Source: Longimicrobiales bacterium
Lineage (GTDB): Bacteria > Gemmatimonadota > Gemmatimonadetes > Longimicrobiales > Gaopeijiaceae
DNA: 64,000 bases
Assembly (NCBI GenBank): GCA_965203485.1
Contig: OZ241892.1
Location: 2,112,001-2,176,000 of the forward strand
Reading direction: 5' to 3'
Shown: in pieces, positions 30,656-40,567 of the stretch
How positions within the stretch are numbered: the first letter of the stretch is position 1
How the letters are laid out: every line of letters begins with the position of its first letter
Made by a program: the position numbers and the translations under genes
Notes under the pieces: generated by a model
The model's database searches: none
Told to the model about the DNA's origin: nothing
What the model saw: only the letters and a program-made list of their open reading frames with translations

Positions 30656-33600
30656 GTGACCAGTTCCCACCCTCACCTTTCCCCCGACCTCCGCAACCAG
30701 CTGGCCAAGGTCGTCCTCGCCGCCCGGAGCGTTGCCGAAGCGGCGGCCCGCCACGCGCTGGAGGCGCTGGCCGTAGACCGGAGCGCGCCCCACCAGGCGA
30801 TGCCCCTTTCGGAGCAAGGGCTTCGGAATCGGCTACGGGCACGGGGACGGCAGCTTGGCGACCATCTTGACCGCCGGACCCGCATCCAGGAGATCGGCCG
30901 GCTGGGCCACGAGGTGGCGTACGAGCAGTGGCACCGGATGCTGTTTGCCCGGTTCCTCGCGGAGAATGGCCTGCTCTTGGACCCGGAGCACGGGGTGCCC
31001 GTCTCCACGGAAGAGTGCGGCGAGTTGGCACGAGCAGAAGGCACGGACCGGTGGGCCGTGGCGGGCGGGTTCGCGGCGCAGATGCTGCCGGGGGTCTTTC
31101 GGCAACACGATCCCGTGCTCGAGGTCGTCTTGGCGCCGGAGGCGCGGCTCGAGCTCGAGGAGCTCTTGGAGTCGCTTCCCCGGGCCGTCTTTCTCGCCGG
31201 AGACGCTCTTGGTTGGACGTACCAGTTCTGGCAGGCGAGCCGCAAGGACGAGATCAACCAAAGCGGGGTCAAGATCGGCGCCGACGAGCTGCCCGCCGTC
31301 ACGCAGCTGTTCACCGAGCGGTACATGGTGCTCTTCCTGTTCCACAACACGATCGGCGCTTGGCGGGCGGCGAAGAAGCTGACCGGAAACGGCGGCGGCC
31401 GCGAGTACGAGTCCGAAGAGGACCTCCGGCGGGCGGTGCAGATCGATGCCGACGGAGGCTACGACTTCACGCATCTGCGGTTCGTGCGCGACGAGGACCA
31501 AACTTGGCGTCCGGCCGCCGGCGGCTTCGAGGGTTGGCCGCGGACGGCGGCGGAACTTCGGATTCTCGACCCCTGTTGCGGAAGCGGTCATTTCTTGGTC
31601 GAGGGTCTCGAGCTTCTGGTGCGCCTCCGCATGGACGAGGAGGGTCTCTCAACGGAGGACGCCGTTCGCCGCGTCCTGGCCGAGAACTTGCACGGTCTCG
31701 AGATCGACCCGCGTTGCACGCAGATCGCCGCGTTCAACGTGGCCTTCACGGCTTGGCGCTTGGTCGGCCGCCCCATCGAGCTTGGCCGGATCAAGGTCGC
31801 CTGCTGCGGCTTGGCGCCCAACGCCACGGAGGGCGAATGGATGGTGCTCGCGGACAAGGGCGAGAGGGCCATCGGCTTGGAAGGGAGTCGAAGTCTATTC
31901 GGTTCCGAGCCCTCGCTGGCTTCAGGTCCGCTTCGGGAGGGCGTGGGGGCTCTGCACCGCCTGTTTCGAGATGCGCCGGAACTCGGATCGCTGATTGATC
32001 CGGCGAGGACTCTTCGCGCCGATCTCTTCAAGGCGGACTTTCCGGCCATTCGTAAGGTGCTCTCGGCCATCCTCGAGCGAGAGACGCAACACGCCGAGGG
32101 ATTCGAGCGTGCCTTGGCGGCCGAGGGCATGGCCGGTGCCGTCGAGCTTCTGAACGGTACCTACGATCTAGTTGTCACGAACGTTCCTTTTCTTGCTCGC
32201 GGCAAGCAATCGCCCGTTCTGAGGCAGTTTGCCGACAGCAATCATTCAGCCGCCAAGGGCGATCTTGCGACGATGTTCGTCTCTCGCAATCTACGGTGGC
32301 TGGGAAAGTCCGGAACGCAAGCCTTGGTTGCACCCCAGAATTGGTTGTTCTTGAAGACGTACAAGAGATTCCGGAAAGCTTGCTTGGATGAACGAACTTG
32401 GAACGCGGTGGTGCGCCTGGGCATTCGAGCATTTGCAAGTGGCAGTGGATGGGACTATAATACACAGTTGCTCGTCTTGTCCGGTGGTCGGGCCGAAGAC
32501 GATTGGCACATGGCTGCAATCGACGTCTCCACAACACGCGACCAGCAACCAATCCGGGCGACCGAGAAAGGACGATTGCTAAAGGGTGCCGTAGCGGTGG
32601 AGCTGATTCGTCAAGCGCGCCAACTCGAGAATCCAGATGCTGCCGTTCTGATGCGTCCGATTGGTGACCAACCCTTGTTGTCAAAGTACGCTACCGGATG
32701 GCGCGGCACCATTACCTTCGACTATTCGAGTTTTGGAAGGCTCTTCTGGGAAGTGGTGACGTCAGATCGCCGGGACGTGTGGCGTCTGCAACAAGGTACG
32801 GTGTCGGCAACTTGCCTTTACGGAGGACGAAGGCATGCCATCCATTGGAGGGAAATTCGGCGCTTCAATGGTGCCAAGGCTTACTTCCATAGTTCCCCGA
32901 AAATCGAAGGTAGCAATGGCGTTGCCGTCTCAGCGATCGGTGCCTTGCCGGTCACGCTGTACACGGGCGAGCCGTTCGACAACAACGTCGGCGGCCTCGG
33001 CCCCTTGGACGACGAGCACCTCCCCGCCGTTTGGGCCTTCTGCTCCTCACCCGAATACGCTCGCTCCGTTCGCGAGATCGACCAAAAACTCAACGTCACC
33101 AATCGCACGCTCGTCAAGGTCCCCTTCAACCTGGAACGCTGGCAGAAGGTCGCCGCCGAACAGTACCCCAACGGCCTCCCGGAACCCTACTCCGACGACC
33201 CCACCCAATGGCTCTTCCACGGCCACCCCTGCGGCAGCGTCGTTTGGGACGAAGACGCCAAGCGACTGGCCCATGGACCGCTTCGCACGGACGCCACGGT
33301 CCTTCAGGTGGCCGTCGCGCGGTTGCTGGGCTTTCGCTGGCCGGCCGAGCACGACCCGAACCTGCGACTGGCCGACGAGTCCCGCACGTGGGTCGAACAT
33401 TGCCGCCAACTCGACCGGTTCGCGGACAGCGACGGCATCGTCTGCATTCCGGCAGTCGGCGGCGAACGCCCCGCCCAGGACCGCCTGCGGGAATTGCTGC
33501 GGGAGGCCTACGGGAACTCCTGGTCGGTGGGAACCGAACGCACGCTACTGGCCGCCGCGCAGGACACCGGGCGCGACCCCGCATCCATCGACGACTGGCT

Positions 33601-34417
33601 AAGGGATCGCTTCTTCGAGCAACACTGCAAGCTGTTTCACAACCGGCCCTTCGTCTGGCACGTGTGGGACGGGCGGCGGGACGGCTTTCACGCGCTCGTC
33701 AACTATCATCGCTTGGCCGGACCCGGCGGGGACGGCCGCCGCACGCTGGAGTCCCTTGCCTTTCGATACCTGGGTGCCTGGATTGAGCAGCAACGGGACG
33801 ACCAACGCGAAGGCAAGCCCGGCGCCGACGTCCGCTTGGCCGCCGCCTTGGGCCTTCAGCAGCAACTTGAACGGATTCCGTCGGGCGAGCCGCCGCTCGA
33901 CATCTTCGTTCGCTGGCGGCCTCTGCACCAACAGCCCATCGGCTGGGAACCCGAACTCGACGACGGCGTTCGCCTGAACATTCGGCCGTTCATGCGTGCC
34001 CAGCTTCCGTTCGGGGGCCGCAAAGGGGCGGGAGTCCTGCGCTGGAAGCCCAACGTCAAATGGGGCAAGGACAGAGGCAAGGAACCCGAACGCCACAAGG
34101 AAACGGACGAAGCCATCCGGCTCCGCGAGGACTTTCCCTGGTTTTGGAACTGCCCCGGCACCGGTGCAGAAGAGGAGCGGACCAACTTTCCCGGCGGTCC
34201 AGCCTTCGACGGCAATCGTTGGAACGACTTGCACTACACGCGGACGGCGAAGGAAGAAGCTCGCGCACGAGAAGCTCGCGCCGACGCCGTCCCCACGAAA
34301 ACCGCCCGCAAGCACCAAGACGCCCGAGCCAGAGACGAACAAGCCGGAGACGCCGGCCGCCCAGAGCTCTCCCCGCAAGCCGCCGCTTCGCAACCGCCCC
34401 TGGAGGCCGCCCCATGA
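30656..34417 (+). CDS. pglX: BREX adenine methyltransferase PglX
   Basis: LGWTYQFW, PAVTQLFTE, motif I DPCCGSGHF, GLEID, motif IV NVPF, RPFVWH, DDGVRLNIRPF. Confidence 0.92.
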   Translation: MTSSHPHLSPDLRNQLAKVVLAARSVAEAAARHALEALAVDRSAPHQAMPLSEQGLRNRLRARGRQLGDHLDRRTRIQEIGRLGHEVAYEQWHRMLFARFLAENGLLLDPEHGVPVSTEECGELARAEGTDRWAVAGGFAAQMLPGVFRQHDPVLEVVLAPEARLELEELLESLPRAVFLAGDALGWTYQFWQASRKDEINQSGVKIGADELPAVTQLFTERYMVLFLFHNTIGAWRAAKKLTGNGGGREYESEEDLRRAVQIDADGGYDFTHLRFVRDEDQTWRPAAGGFEGWPRTAAELRILDPCCGSGHFLVEGLELLVRLRMDEEGLSTEDAVRRVLAENLHGLEIDPRCTQIAAFNVAFTAWRLVGRPIELGRIKVACCGLAPNATEGEWMVLADKGERAIGLEGSRSLFGSEPSLASGPLREGVGALHRLFRDAPELGSLIDPARTLRADLFKADFPAIRKVLSAILERETQHAEGFERALAAEGMAGAVELLNGTYDLVVTNVPFLARGKQSPVLRQFADSNHSAAKGDLATMFVSRNLRWLGKSGTQALVAPQNWLFLKTYKRFRKACLDERTWNAVVRLGIRAFASGSGWDYNTQLLVLSGGRAEDDWHMAAIDVSTTRDQQPIRATEKGRLLKGAVAVELIRQARQLENPDAAVLMRPIGDQPLLSKYATGWRGTITFDYSSFGRLFWEVVTSDRRDVWRLQQGTVSATCLYGGRRHAIHWREIRRFNGAKAYFHSSPKIEGSNGVAVSAIGALPVTLYTGEPFDNNVGGLGPLDDEHLPAVWAFCSSPEYARSVREIDQKLNVTNRTLVKVPFNLERWQKVAAEQYPNGLPEPYSDDPTQWLFHGHPCGSVVWDEDAKRLAHGPLRTDATVLQVAVARLLGFRWPAEHDPNLRLADESRTWVEHCRQLDRFADSDGIVCIPAVGGERPAQDRLRELLREAYGNSWSVGTERTLLAAAQDTGRDPASIDDWLRDRFFEQHCKLFHNRPFVWHVWDGRRDGFHALVNYHRLAGPGGDGRRTLESLAFRYLGAWIEQQRDDQREGKPGADVRLAAALGLQQQLERIPSGEPPLDIFVRWRPLHQQPIGWEPELDDGVRLNIRPFMRAQLPFGGRKGAGVLRWKPNVKWGKDRGKEPERHKETDEAIRLREDFPWFWNCPGTGAEEERTNFPGGPAFDGNRWNDLHYTRTAKEEARAREARADAVPTKTARKHQDARARDEQAGDAGRPELSPQAAASQPPLEAAP

Positions 34418-35607
34418 ACTGGGCCCACGTCCACGAACGCATCCGGGCCGGCGAGGACGCGCAAACCGAATTCAAGCGGGACGCCGCCAATGCCGCCGCC
34501 CTCGCCAAGGCCGTCTGCGCGTTCGCCAACGGCGCGGGCGGGCTGCTCGTCATGGGCGTCGAGGACGACGGGACGCTCGCCGGCGTCTCCAAGGATCCCG
34601 AGGCCGTTCAGGAACGGTTGACCAGCCTGCTTCAGAGCGGATGCGGCAGGCCGGTCACGGCGGAATGCGGCAGGCGCAACATCGAAGGCGAGCGGTGGAT
34701 TCACTGGATCGACGTGCACCGGCACCAACGCGGCTACGAGCCCTTCGCCAGCGACGGGCGCTACTGGATTCGCCGGGGCCGCGCGACCGTGCAGCCGTCG
34801 CCGTCCGAATTCCAAGAGCTGCTCAATACCTTCGGGCTCGTCCTCACCGAGCAGCAGATCATTCCCTCGGCAACCGTGGACGACATCGACTTCTCGGCCG
34901 TTCGCACGTTCTTGCAGGCGCAGGGCATGGACCTCGACACTGCGCCTCAGCCCACGCGCCAAGAGGACTTGCTCGTGGCCAGCGCCGCGGACGAGGTGGA
35001 CGGGGTGGCCCGTCCGACGCTGTACGGGCTCATGGTGTTCGGACGCCAGCCGCAGGCCCATCCGCACACGCACAACCTGTTCGTGCAGTGCTCGCGGTAC
35101 GACGGCCGGGACCAGTCCGCCGACGTGCTCAGCGTCGCCGAAGGCACGGGGCGCTTGGAAGACCAAGTGCGGCAGTGCATGGGCTGGTACCGCAGTCTCG
35201 GCAGGCGCGAGGAGTATCGCGGACTCGAGCGCATCGACGTTCCGATGGTCCCGGAAGCGGCCCTTCGCGAGGCGCTGGTCAATGCGGTCGTCCACCGCGA
35301 CTACGCCATCACGGGCTCGCAGGTTCTGCTGGAGGTCTTCTCCGACCGGATCGTCGTGACCAGTCCGGGCGCCCTGCCCAACCACATGACGGTGGAGCGG
35401 GCCACGGGCGGGGGCGCGCCCAGGTCGCGCAACGAGATGATGGCCAACGCCATGGTCGTGCGCAGGCTCATGGAGCGGCGCGGCCGGGGCTGGCTCGTCA
35501 TCCGCCGCACGATGCGGCAATTCAACGGAACCGAGCCGACGTTGGAGAACGATGCCGTCAGCCGCATCGTCCGCGTTACGTTTCCGCTCGCCCCAGCCGC
35601 CGCCTAG
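34414..35607 (+). CDS. Schlafen/AlbA_2 domain plus HATPase_c_4-like protein
   Basis: EDAQTEFKR, CAFANGAGG.L.MGVEDDG, REALVNAVVHRDY, SPG, RN, ERRGRG; ATGA overlap with pglX. Confidence 0.87.
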   Translation: MNWAHVHERIRAGEDAQTEFKRDAANAAALAKAVCAFANGAGGLLVMGVEDDGTLAGVSKDPEAVQERLTSLLQSGCGRPVTAECGRRNIEGERWIHWIDVHRHQRGYEPFASDGRYWIRRGRATVQPSPSEFQELLNTFGLVLTEQQIIPSATVDDIDFSAVRTFLQAQGMDLDTAPQPTRQEDLLVASAADEVDGVARPTLYGLMVFGRQPQAHPHTHNLFVQCSRYDGRDQSADVLSVAEGTGRLEDQVRQCMGWYRSLGRREEYRGLERIDVPMVPEAALREALVNAVVHRDYAITGSQVLLEVFSDRIVVTSPGALPNHMTVERATGGGAPRSRNEMMANAMVVRRLMERRGRGWLVIRRTMRQFNGTEPTLENDAVSRIVRVTFPLAPAAA

Positions 35608-35620
35608 CCGGGAGGCCGTC

Positions 35621-37354
35621 GTGCCGAAGAGCCGCGCCGAAGTCGAGGAGCTGCTGGAGCGCTTGGACGAGCGCTCGGCGGACGAGCTGGAGGCGCAGGA
35701 CGTCGACTTCAAGGAATGGGGCAAGGACGACAGGGCGGCCGTGACCAAGGCGGTCGACTGGGCCGTCTGCATGGCCAACGGAGGCGGAGGAACGATCGTC
35801 TTCGGAGTCGCCGACGACTTGGTGGGACGCCGCAACGCCATCGTCGGCGTCCCGCGCGACGTCGCGGTCGACCGTCTTCGTCTCGCGGTTTACGACAGGA
35901 CCGATCCCAAGCTCACGCCGACGTTCGACGAGATCGAAGTGCCCGAGGGAACGGGCCGGGTCCTCGCCATGCACGTTCATCCCGGCATCCCGCCCTACAC
36001 GGACACGTCCGGCAAGGGACTGATTCGCATCGGCAAGGACTGCAAGCCGCTGACGGGCGCGATGCGGCGGCAGTTCTTCCTGGATGCCGGGGCCGAGGAC
36101 TATACGGGAGAGACCGTGGGACCCGCGGGTCGCGATTCCCTTTCGTCCGCGGCCATCGGCGCATTGCGGGACGCCGCGATCAAGGAGAGCGCGCCAGCCG
36201 AGGTCGCCAAACTGGGCGACGAGGAACTGTTGGCCGCGATTGGCGTCGTTCGCGAAGGCCGGTTGACGCGAGCGGGCGTTCTTCTTGCAGGTTCGGAGGA
36301 CGCCTTGCGAACGCACGTGCCCAAGTACGCCTGGACGCATCTTCGGATGTCGTCCGACACGGACTACTCCGCTCGCCTGGACGGACGCGCAGCCATCCCT
36401 CTCGCCTTGGCGCGCATTCTCGACCGGGTGTCGGCAGGCAATCCCATCGAGACCATACGCTACGGCTTGCATCACTTCGAATACCCGACGTATCCGGACA
36501 TCGCCCTTCGCGAAGCGCTGCTCAACGCCCTCTGCCATGCGGACTACCGCATCGCCAGTCCAATACTGGTCAAGCAGTTTCGCCGCCGCCTGGAAATCAC
36601 GAATCCGGGAAGGCTCGTGGGCGGCATCACGCCCGACAACATTCTTCACCATGCGCCCGTGGCTCGGAATCCGTGCTTGGTGGACGCGCTCGTGCGCTTG
36701 CATCTGATCAACCGCGCCAACCTAGGCATTCAGCGCATCTACACGTCGCTTCTCGTCGAAGGGAAGGACTTGCCCGCCATCGAAGAGGTCGGCGAGTCGC
36801 TTCGAATCACGTTCAGGGCATCCAAGATGTCGCCGGCCTTTCGCACGTTCGTGGAGGAAGAGCAGAAGGCGGGCAACGAACTCGGCGTGGATGATCTGCT
36901 CGTCTTGGATCACTTGCTCCGTTGGGCGGAAACCGATTTGGCCGAAGCGTCTCGGATCTGCCAAAGGTCGCCAGAAGAAGCGAGCGGCGTCCTCGAGCGA
37001 ATGGAACAAGACTTGGGCTACGTGGACCGCGGCGGCGACAGCGGAGACGGCTATTGGACGTTGCGGCCGGATGTTCACGCGAGGCTTTCGGGCGCCCAGG
37101 GCGACGGACGGAATCGCGGGGCGGAATGGGACTCGGCCAAGTCCAGAGTGCTCCGCGTCGTCCGGCGTCAAGCGGCACGAGGAGCGCAGCCGCTGGTGAA
37201 TGCCGACGTTCGGCGCATCACTGGATTTGACCGTCATCAGGTCTATCGTCTCATTCAAGCGCTCGCCGACGAGGGAAGGATTCGGATCGATGGGCACGGG
37301 CGGGCGGCCACGTACGTGTATTGCGACGACTCGGGGAGGAACGTCCCGGCTTGA
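35621..37354 (+). CDS. Schlafen/AlbA_2 plus HATPase_c_4-like protein with C-terminal winged helices
   Basis: LEAQDVDFKE, MANGGGGTIVFGVAD, REALLNALCHADY, NPG, RNP, terminal wHTH-like NADVRRITG..GHGRAATY; GGAGG RBS before GTG 35621. Confidence 0.87.
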   Translation: MPKSRAEVEELLERLDERSADELEAQDVDFKEWGKDDRAAVTKAVDWAVCMANGGGGTIVFGVADDLVGRRNAIVGVPRDVAVDRLRLAVYDRTDPKLTPTFDEIEVPEGTGRVLAMHVHPGIPPYTDTSGKGLIRIGKDCKPLTGAMRRQFFLDAGAEDYTGETVGPAGRDSLSSAAIGALRDAAIKESAPAEVAKLGDEELLAAIGVVREGRLTRAGVLLAGSEDALRTHVPKYAWTHLRMSSDTDYSARLDGRAAIPLALARILDRVSAGNPIETIRYGLHHFEYPTYPDIALREALLNALCHADYRIASPILVKQFRRRLEITNPGRLVGGITPDNILHHAPVARNPCLVDALVRLHLINRANLGIQRIYTSLLVEGKDLPAIEEVGESLRITFRASKMSPAFRTFVEEEQKAGNELGVDDLLVLDHLLRWAETDLAEASRICQRSPEEASGVLERMEQDLGYVDRGGDSGDGYWTLRPDVHARLSGAQGDGRNRGAEWDSAKSRVLRVVRRQAARGAQPLVNADVRRITGFDRHQVYRLIQALADEGRIRIDGHGRAATYVYCDDSGRNVPA

Positions 37355-37389
37355 GACCGCCATCCCAACTGGGCGTCGGTTGCTCGTCC

Positions 37390-38050
37390 GCTTCCGGCAT
37401 GGGCCTTCCGCAACAAAGGCCGGCGACAACCGGCCCTTGCCACGTCCTCGAATTGCTCGCCGTTGTCCGTCTTTCCGAGCATTTCCGGCGAGAAGGCCGA
37501 CAAATGCTCGCGAGCCCAGAGGTTTCCGCGCATTTCGCGCCAAAATCCCCAAAACGCCTGCGCCATGGGCGTTTTCCGCAACATGAGCCCGCCGACACGG
37601 GGGCGTTTCGTGTCGGAAAGGAGCGCGGATCCAAGCCTTGCGCTCATTTGCCCCGCAATGGACGCCCGAAATGATGACGAATCCCAGATTTCCCGCGCAT
37701 TTCGCGCCCAACCCCGAAAAACGCTTGCATCATAAGGCTTTTCCGCAGAACGAACTTGCTGACGCGAAGCCTCCCCACGTCGCCCGACGGAAGCACGGTC
37801 GCCTTCACGGCCTCCCCCCAACCGCTCGCCGTTTCCGTTTTGCGAGCATTTCCGGCAAGGAAATCCGGGAATTGCTCGCGAACTCGAGCTTCCCGCACAT
37901 TTCCGAGCATTTCCCCACATTGAAGGCCTGAAATGATCGCGAGGCCCAGGTTTCCCGATCATTTCCGCGCAATGAACGCCGGGAATGATCGCGAGTCCAC
38001 GTCTTCCGCGCATTCCCCCGCCGAGTCTGCGCAATTGCCCGCGTAGGCGT
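37390..38050. repeat. Degenerate ~51-bp tandem array of imperfect palindromes
   Basis: CATT(T) cores at 37480, 37531, 37645, 37698, 37847, 37898/37908, 37960, 38011; consensus TTTCCGMGCATTTCC-N(~14)-GAAATGMTCGCGA. Confidence 0.75.
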
Positions 38051-38071
38051 TCTCCTGTTTCCCTTCGCTCG

Positions 38072-40567
38072 ATGACGCCAACCGTCCTGAACCTGCTCGC
38101 CGACAGCCTCCGAGGGCGGAGCACGTCGCCTGAAGGCCAGCAGCCGCCGGTGGCCATTGTCTGGCCCGACCCCAAGGAGGAATGGCGGAGTCTCTTGCCG
38201 ACCCTCCGCGGCCCCATCCCGGAGCTGCTGGCGCTGGGCGGATACGATCCGGAGGCTGGCAAGGGTCCCGCCATCTGGCTTCGCTGCGTCGTGGAGGGAA
38301 CGTTGCCCGCGCCGCATGCGCAGGACGGCGGCGACCGCGACATGGACGATCCGCCCGGTGCCGCCCAGCGCATCCCCATCCTCTACCTGCCCGGCGTCGC
38401 GCGCGAGGACCTGCGGGTGGGCGCCGACTGCCCGGATCGCTTGAAGCCGCTGGTCGAGCTCATGTATCGCGGGACCTTGTGGGTTCAGCCCAACGGGCGT
38501 CCGTGGAGCCCGGCGGCCTTTCTCCGTTCCTCCAATGGGGCGGGCCTCGACGTCGCCACCGACGCGGCGACGCTCAAAGCCTTGAACAGCGCCTTGCCGG
38601 AAGTCTCCGAGCTTCACGTCGCCAACCTCCAGGGACGCCGTTTGGACGCCGACGACTTCAACCGGTTGCTGGCCGACGACCTCGAGCGCGACGTCCTGCG
38701 GTGGATGGCCGACGCGGACCGAACCAGAAATCGCATGGGGTCGAACAGCTGGCCCGCGTTCCGCGCCCGTTGCCGCCAAGAGCTGGAGCTGGACCCCGAA
38801 GCCGACGCGGACGTCGACGCAGCCGTGAAGCTGGTCAAGGGAACGGGCGAATGGGGCAAGGTGTGGAACCGGTTCGCGGAGGCGCCGGATGTCTACGCGG
38901 GCGTCGTGGAGGTGCTTCGGCGAGCTCGGCCGTCGGGCGAAATCCCGCTTGACCGCGACCGCTGGCCGGACCTGAACGCGGAGGACGAAGAGGAGGCGCG
39001 GAGAGCGCTGGCGGCCGCCGTGGAGCTGTCGCCCAAGGAGGCCCGGGCCGCGGTGGCCGAGTTGGAGCAGACGCACGGCCCGAGGCGAGAGTGGCTGTGG
39101 GCGCGTCTCGGGGAGTCGCCGGTCGCGCAAGTCTTGGAACCCCTGGCTCGCTTGACCGAGGCCACGGCGGCCGCCATCGGCGGAGCGACGCCCGACGAAA
39201 TCGCGGACACCTACGCGAACGTCGGTTGGCAGGCGGACGCCGCCGTGCGAGAAGCCGTGGCTGGCGCGGCCCACCGGGACGAGGCAATGGTTGCCCGGGT
39301 CGTCGGCCACCTGCTGGAACCCTGGATGGACAAGACGGCGCGCGCCTTCCAGGCGGCCGTGGAAGACTCGCCGCTGCCCGGCGCCGACGGCGCGGATCTC
39401 GTGGAGGCGCGCGAGGACGAGTGCATCGTCTTCGTGGACGGACTTCGCTACGAACTCGGACGGCGGCTGGCCGAGCATCTGGAAGACGAGGGCTGCGCCG
39501 TCGGGACGACGCACCGATGGGCCGCGCTGCCGACGGTGACCACCACCGCCAAGCCCGCCGTCGCTCCCGTCGCCGATCAAGTAGCGGGCACGGCGGCGCT
39601 TGGGGCGGACTTTCGCCCCCAGATCTGCCCTGCCCCGCATCTCCCCGACGCAAGGAGGGCCGCCACTCACGCGCAATCGCCAACCGCGGCTCGCCCCGGA
39701 TCCGGCGCAACCGACGAGGGCCGCCCGTCCGATGTCGAAGGCCCACCCAACGCCGCGCGTCCGTGCGACGCCGCCCGCCTGCGCCAGGCAATGGCGGAAC
39801 GGGACTATCGGGTTCTCGGATCGGACGTCCCCGAGATGCCGACGCAGTCCGCCGCCCGCGGCTGGATGGAGACCGGCAAGATCGACAAGCTTGGCCACGA
39901 CCACTGCACCGACGCTGTTGGCTTCGCCCGCGCCGTCGAGACCGAGCTGGAGCGGATCGCCCAAAGCGTCCTGGGTCTGCTGGAAGTGGGCTGGCGCTCC
40001 GTCCGCCTGGTCACCGACCACGGCTGGCTCTGGCTACCCGGCGGACTACCCATGGTCCGCCTGCCCAAGCACCTCGCGGCCTCGAAATGGGCTCGGTGCG
40101 CCGTCGTCTCCGGCGAGTCCCGGCCCGCCGACGTCCTTCGCTTCCCTTGGCGATGGAACGCGGCCCAATGGTTCGCCACCCCGCCGGGAATCGCCTGCTT
40201 CAGCAAGACGGACGAGTACGCGCACGGGGGAGTCAGCCTCCAGGAGTGCCTGACGCCGGACATTCGCGTGGAGCGCGGAGCTGGGCCGGCCGGGATCTCG
40301 GCGTCGATTCGCTCGATCGCATGGGTGCGCTTGCGTTGCGTCGCGGAAGTCGAGGTCAGGGGCGGAGCGGGCACGGCGGACATTCGCGTCGGCGGCCCGT
40401 CCGGCGATTCCGTGGTCCTGGAGCCCAAGCCCGTTGCCGACGACGGCACGGCGAGCCTGGTCCTGGACGGAGACGAGCACGAAGACGCAACGTTGACCTT
40501 CGTCGTCGCCGACGCCGACGGGCGCGTGCTCGCCCACCAATCCACCCGCACGGGGACCACTCGATGA
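38072..40567 (+). CDS. pglZ: BREX phosphatase-fold protein PglZ (type B-like)
   Basis: GPAIWLRC, FVDGLRYE, LPTVTTTAKPA, IDKLGH, VTDHGW, YAHGGVSLQEC. Confidence 0.92.
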   Translation: MTPTVLNLLADSLRGRSTSPEGQQPPVAIVWPDPKEEWRSLLPTLRGPIPELLALGGYDPEAGKGPAIWLRCVVEGTLPAPHAQDGGDRDMDDPPGAAQRIPILYLPGVAREDLRVGADCPDRLKPLVELMYRGTLWVQPNGRPWSPAAFLRSSNGAGLDVATDAATLKALNSALPEVSELHVANLQGRRLDADDFNRLLADDLERDVLRWMADADRTRNRMGSNSWPAFRARCRQELELDPEADADVDAAVKLVKGTGEWGKVWNRFAEAPDVYAGVVEVLRRARPSGEIPLDRDRWPDLNAEDEEEARRALAAAVELSPKEARAAVAELEQTHGPRREWLWARLGESPVAQVLEPLARLTEATAAAIGGATPDEIADTYANVGWQADAAVREAVAGAAHRDEAMVARVVGHLLEPWMDKTARAFQAAVEDSPLPGADGADLVEAREDECIVFVDGLRYELGRRLAEHLEDEGCAVGTTHRWAALPTVTTTAKPAVAPVADQVAGTAALGADFRPQICPAPHLPDARRAATHAQSPTAARPGSGATDEGRPSDVEGPPNAARPCDAARLRQAMAERDYRVLGSDVPEMPTQSAARGWMETGKIDKLGHDHCTDAVGFARAVETELERIAQSVLGLLEVGWRSVRLVTDHGWLWLPGGLPMVRLPKHLAASKWARCAVVSGESRPADVLRFPWRWNAAQWFATPPGIACFSKTDEYAHGGVSLQECLTPDIRVERGAGPAGISASIRSIAWVRLRCVAEVEVRGGAGTADIRVGGPSGDSVVLEPKPVADDGTASLVLDGDEHEDATLTFVVADADGRVLAHQSTRTGTTR

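Noticed and set aside
37255..38071. ORFs across the repeat array and an extended pglZ start at 37985
   Set aside because: The repeated peptide (GNARK-like) hops between frames and no single ORF looks like a protein; ATG 38072 fits PglZ better.
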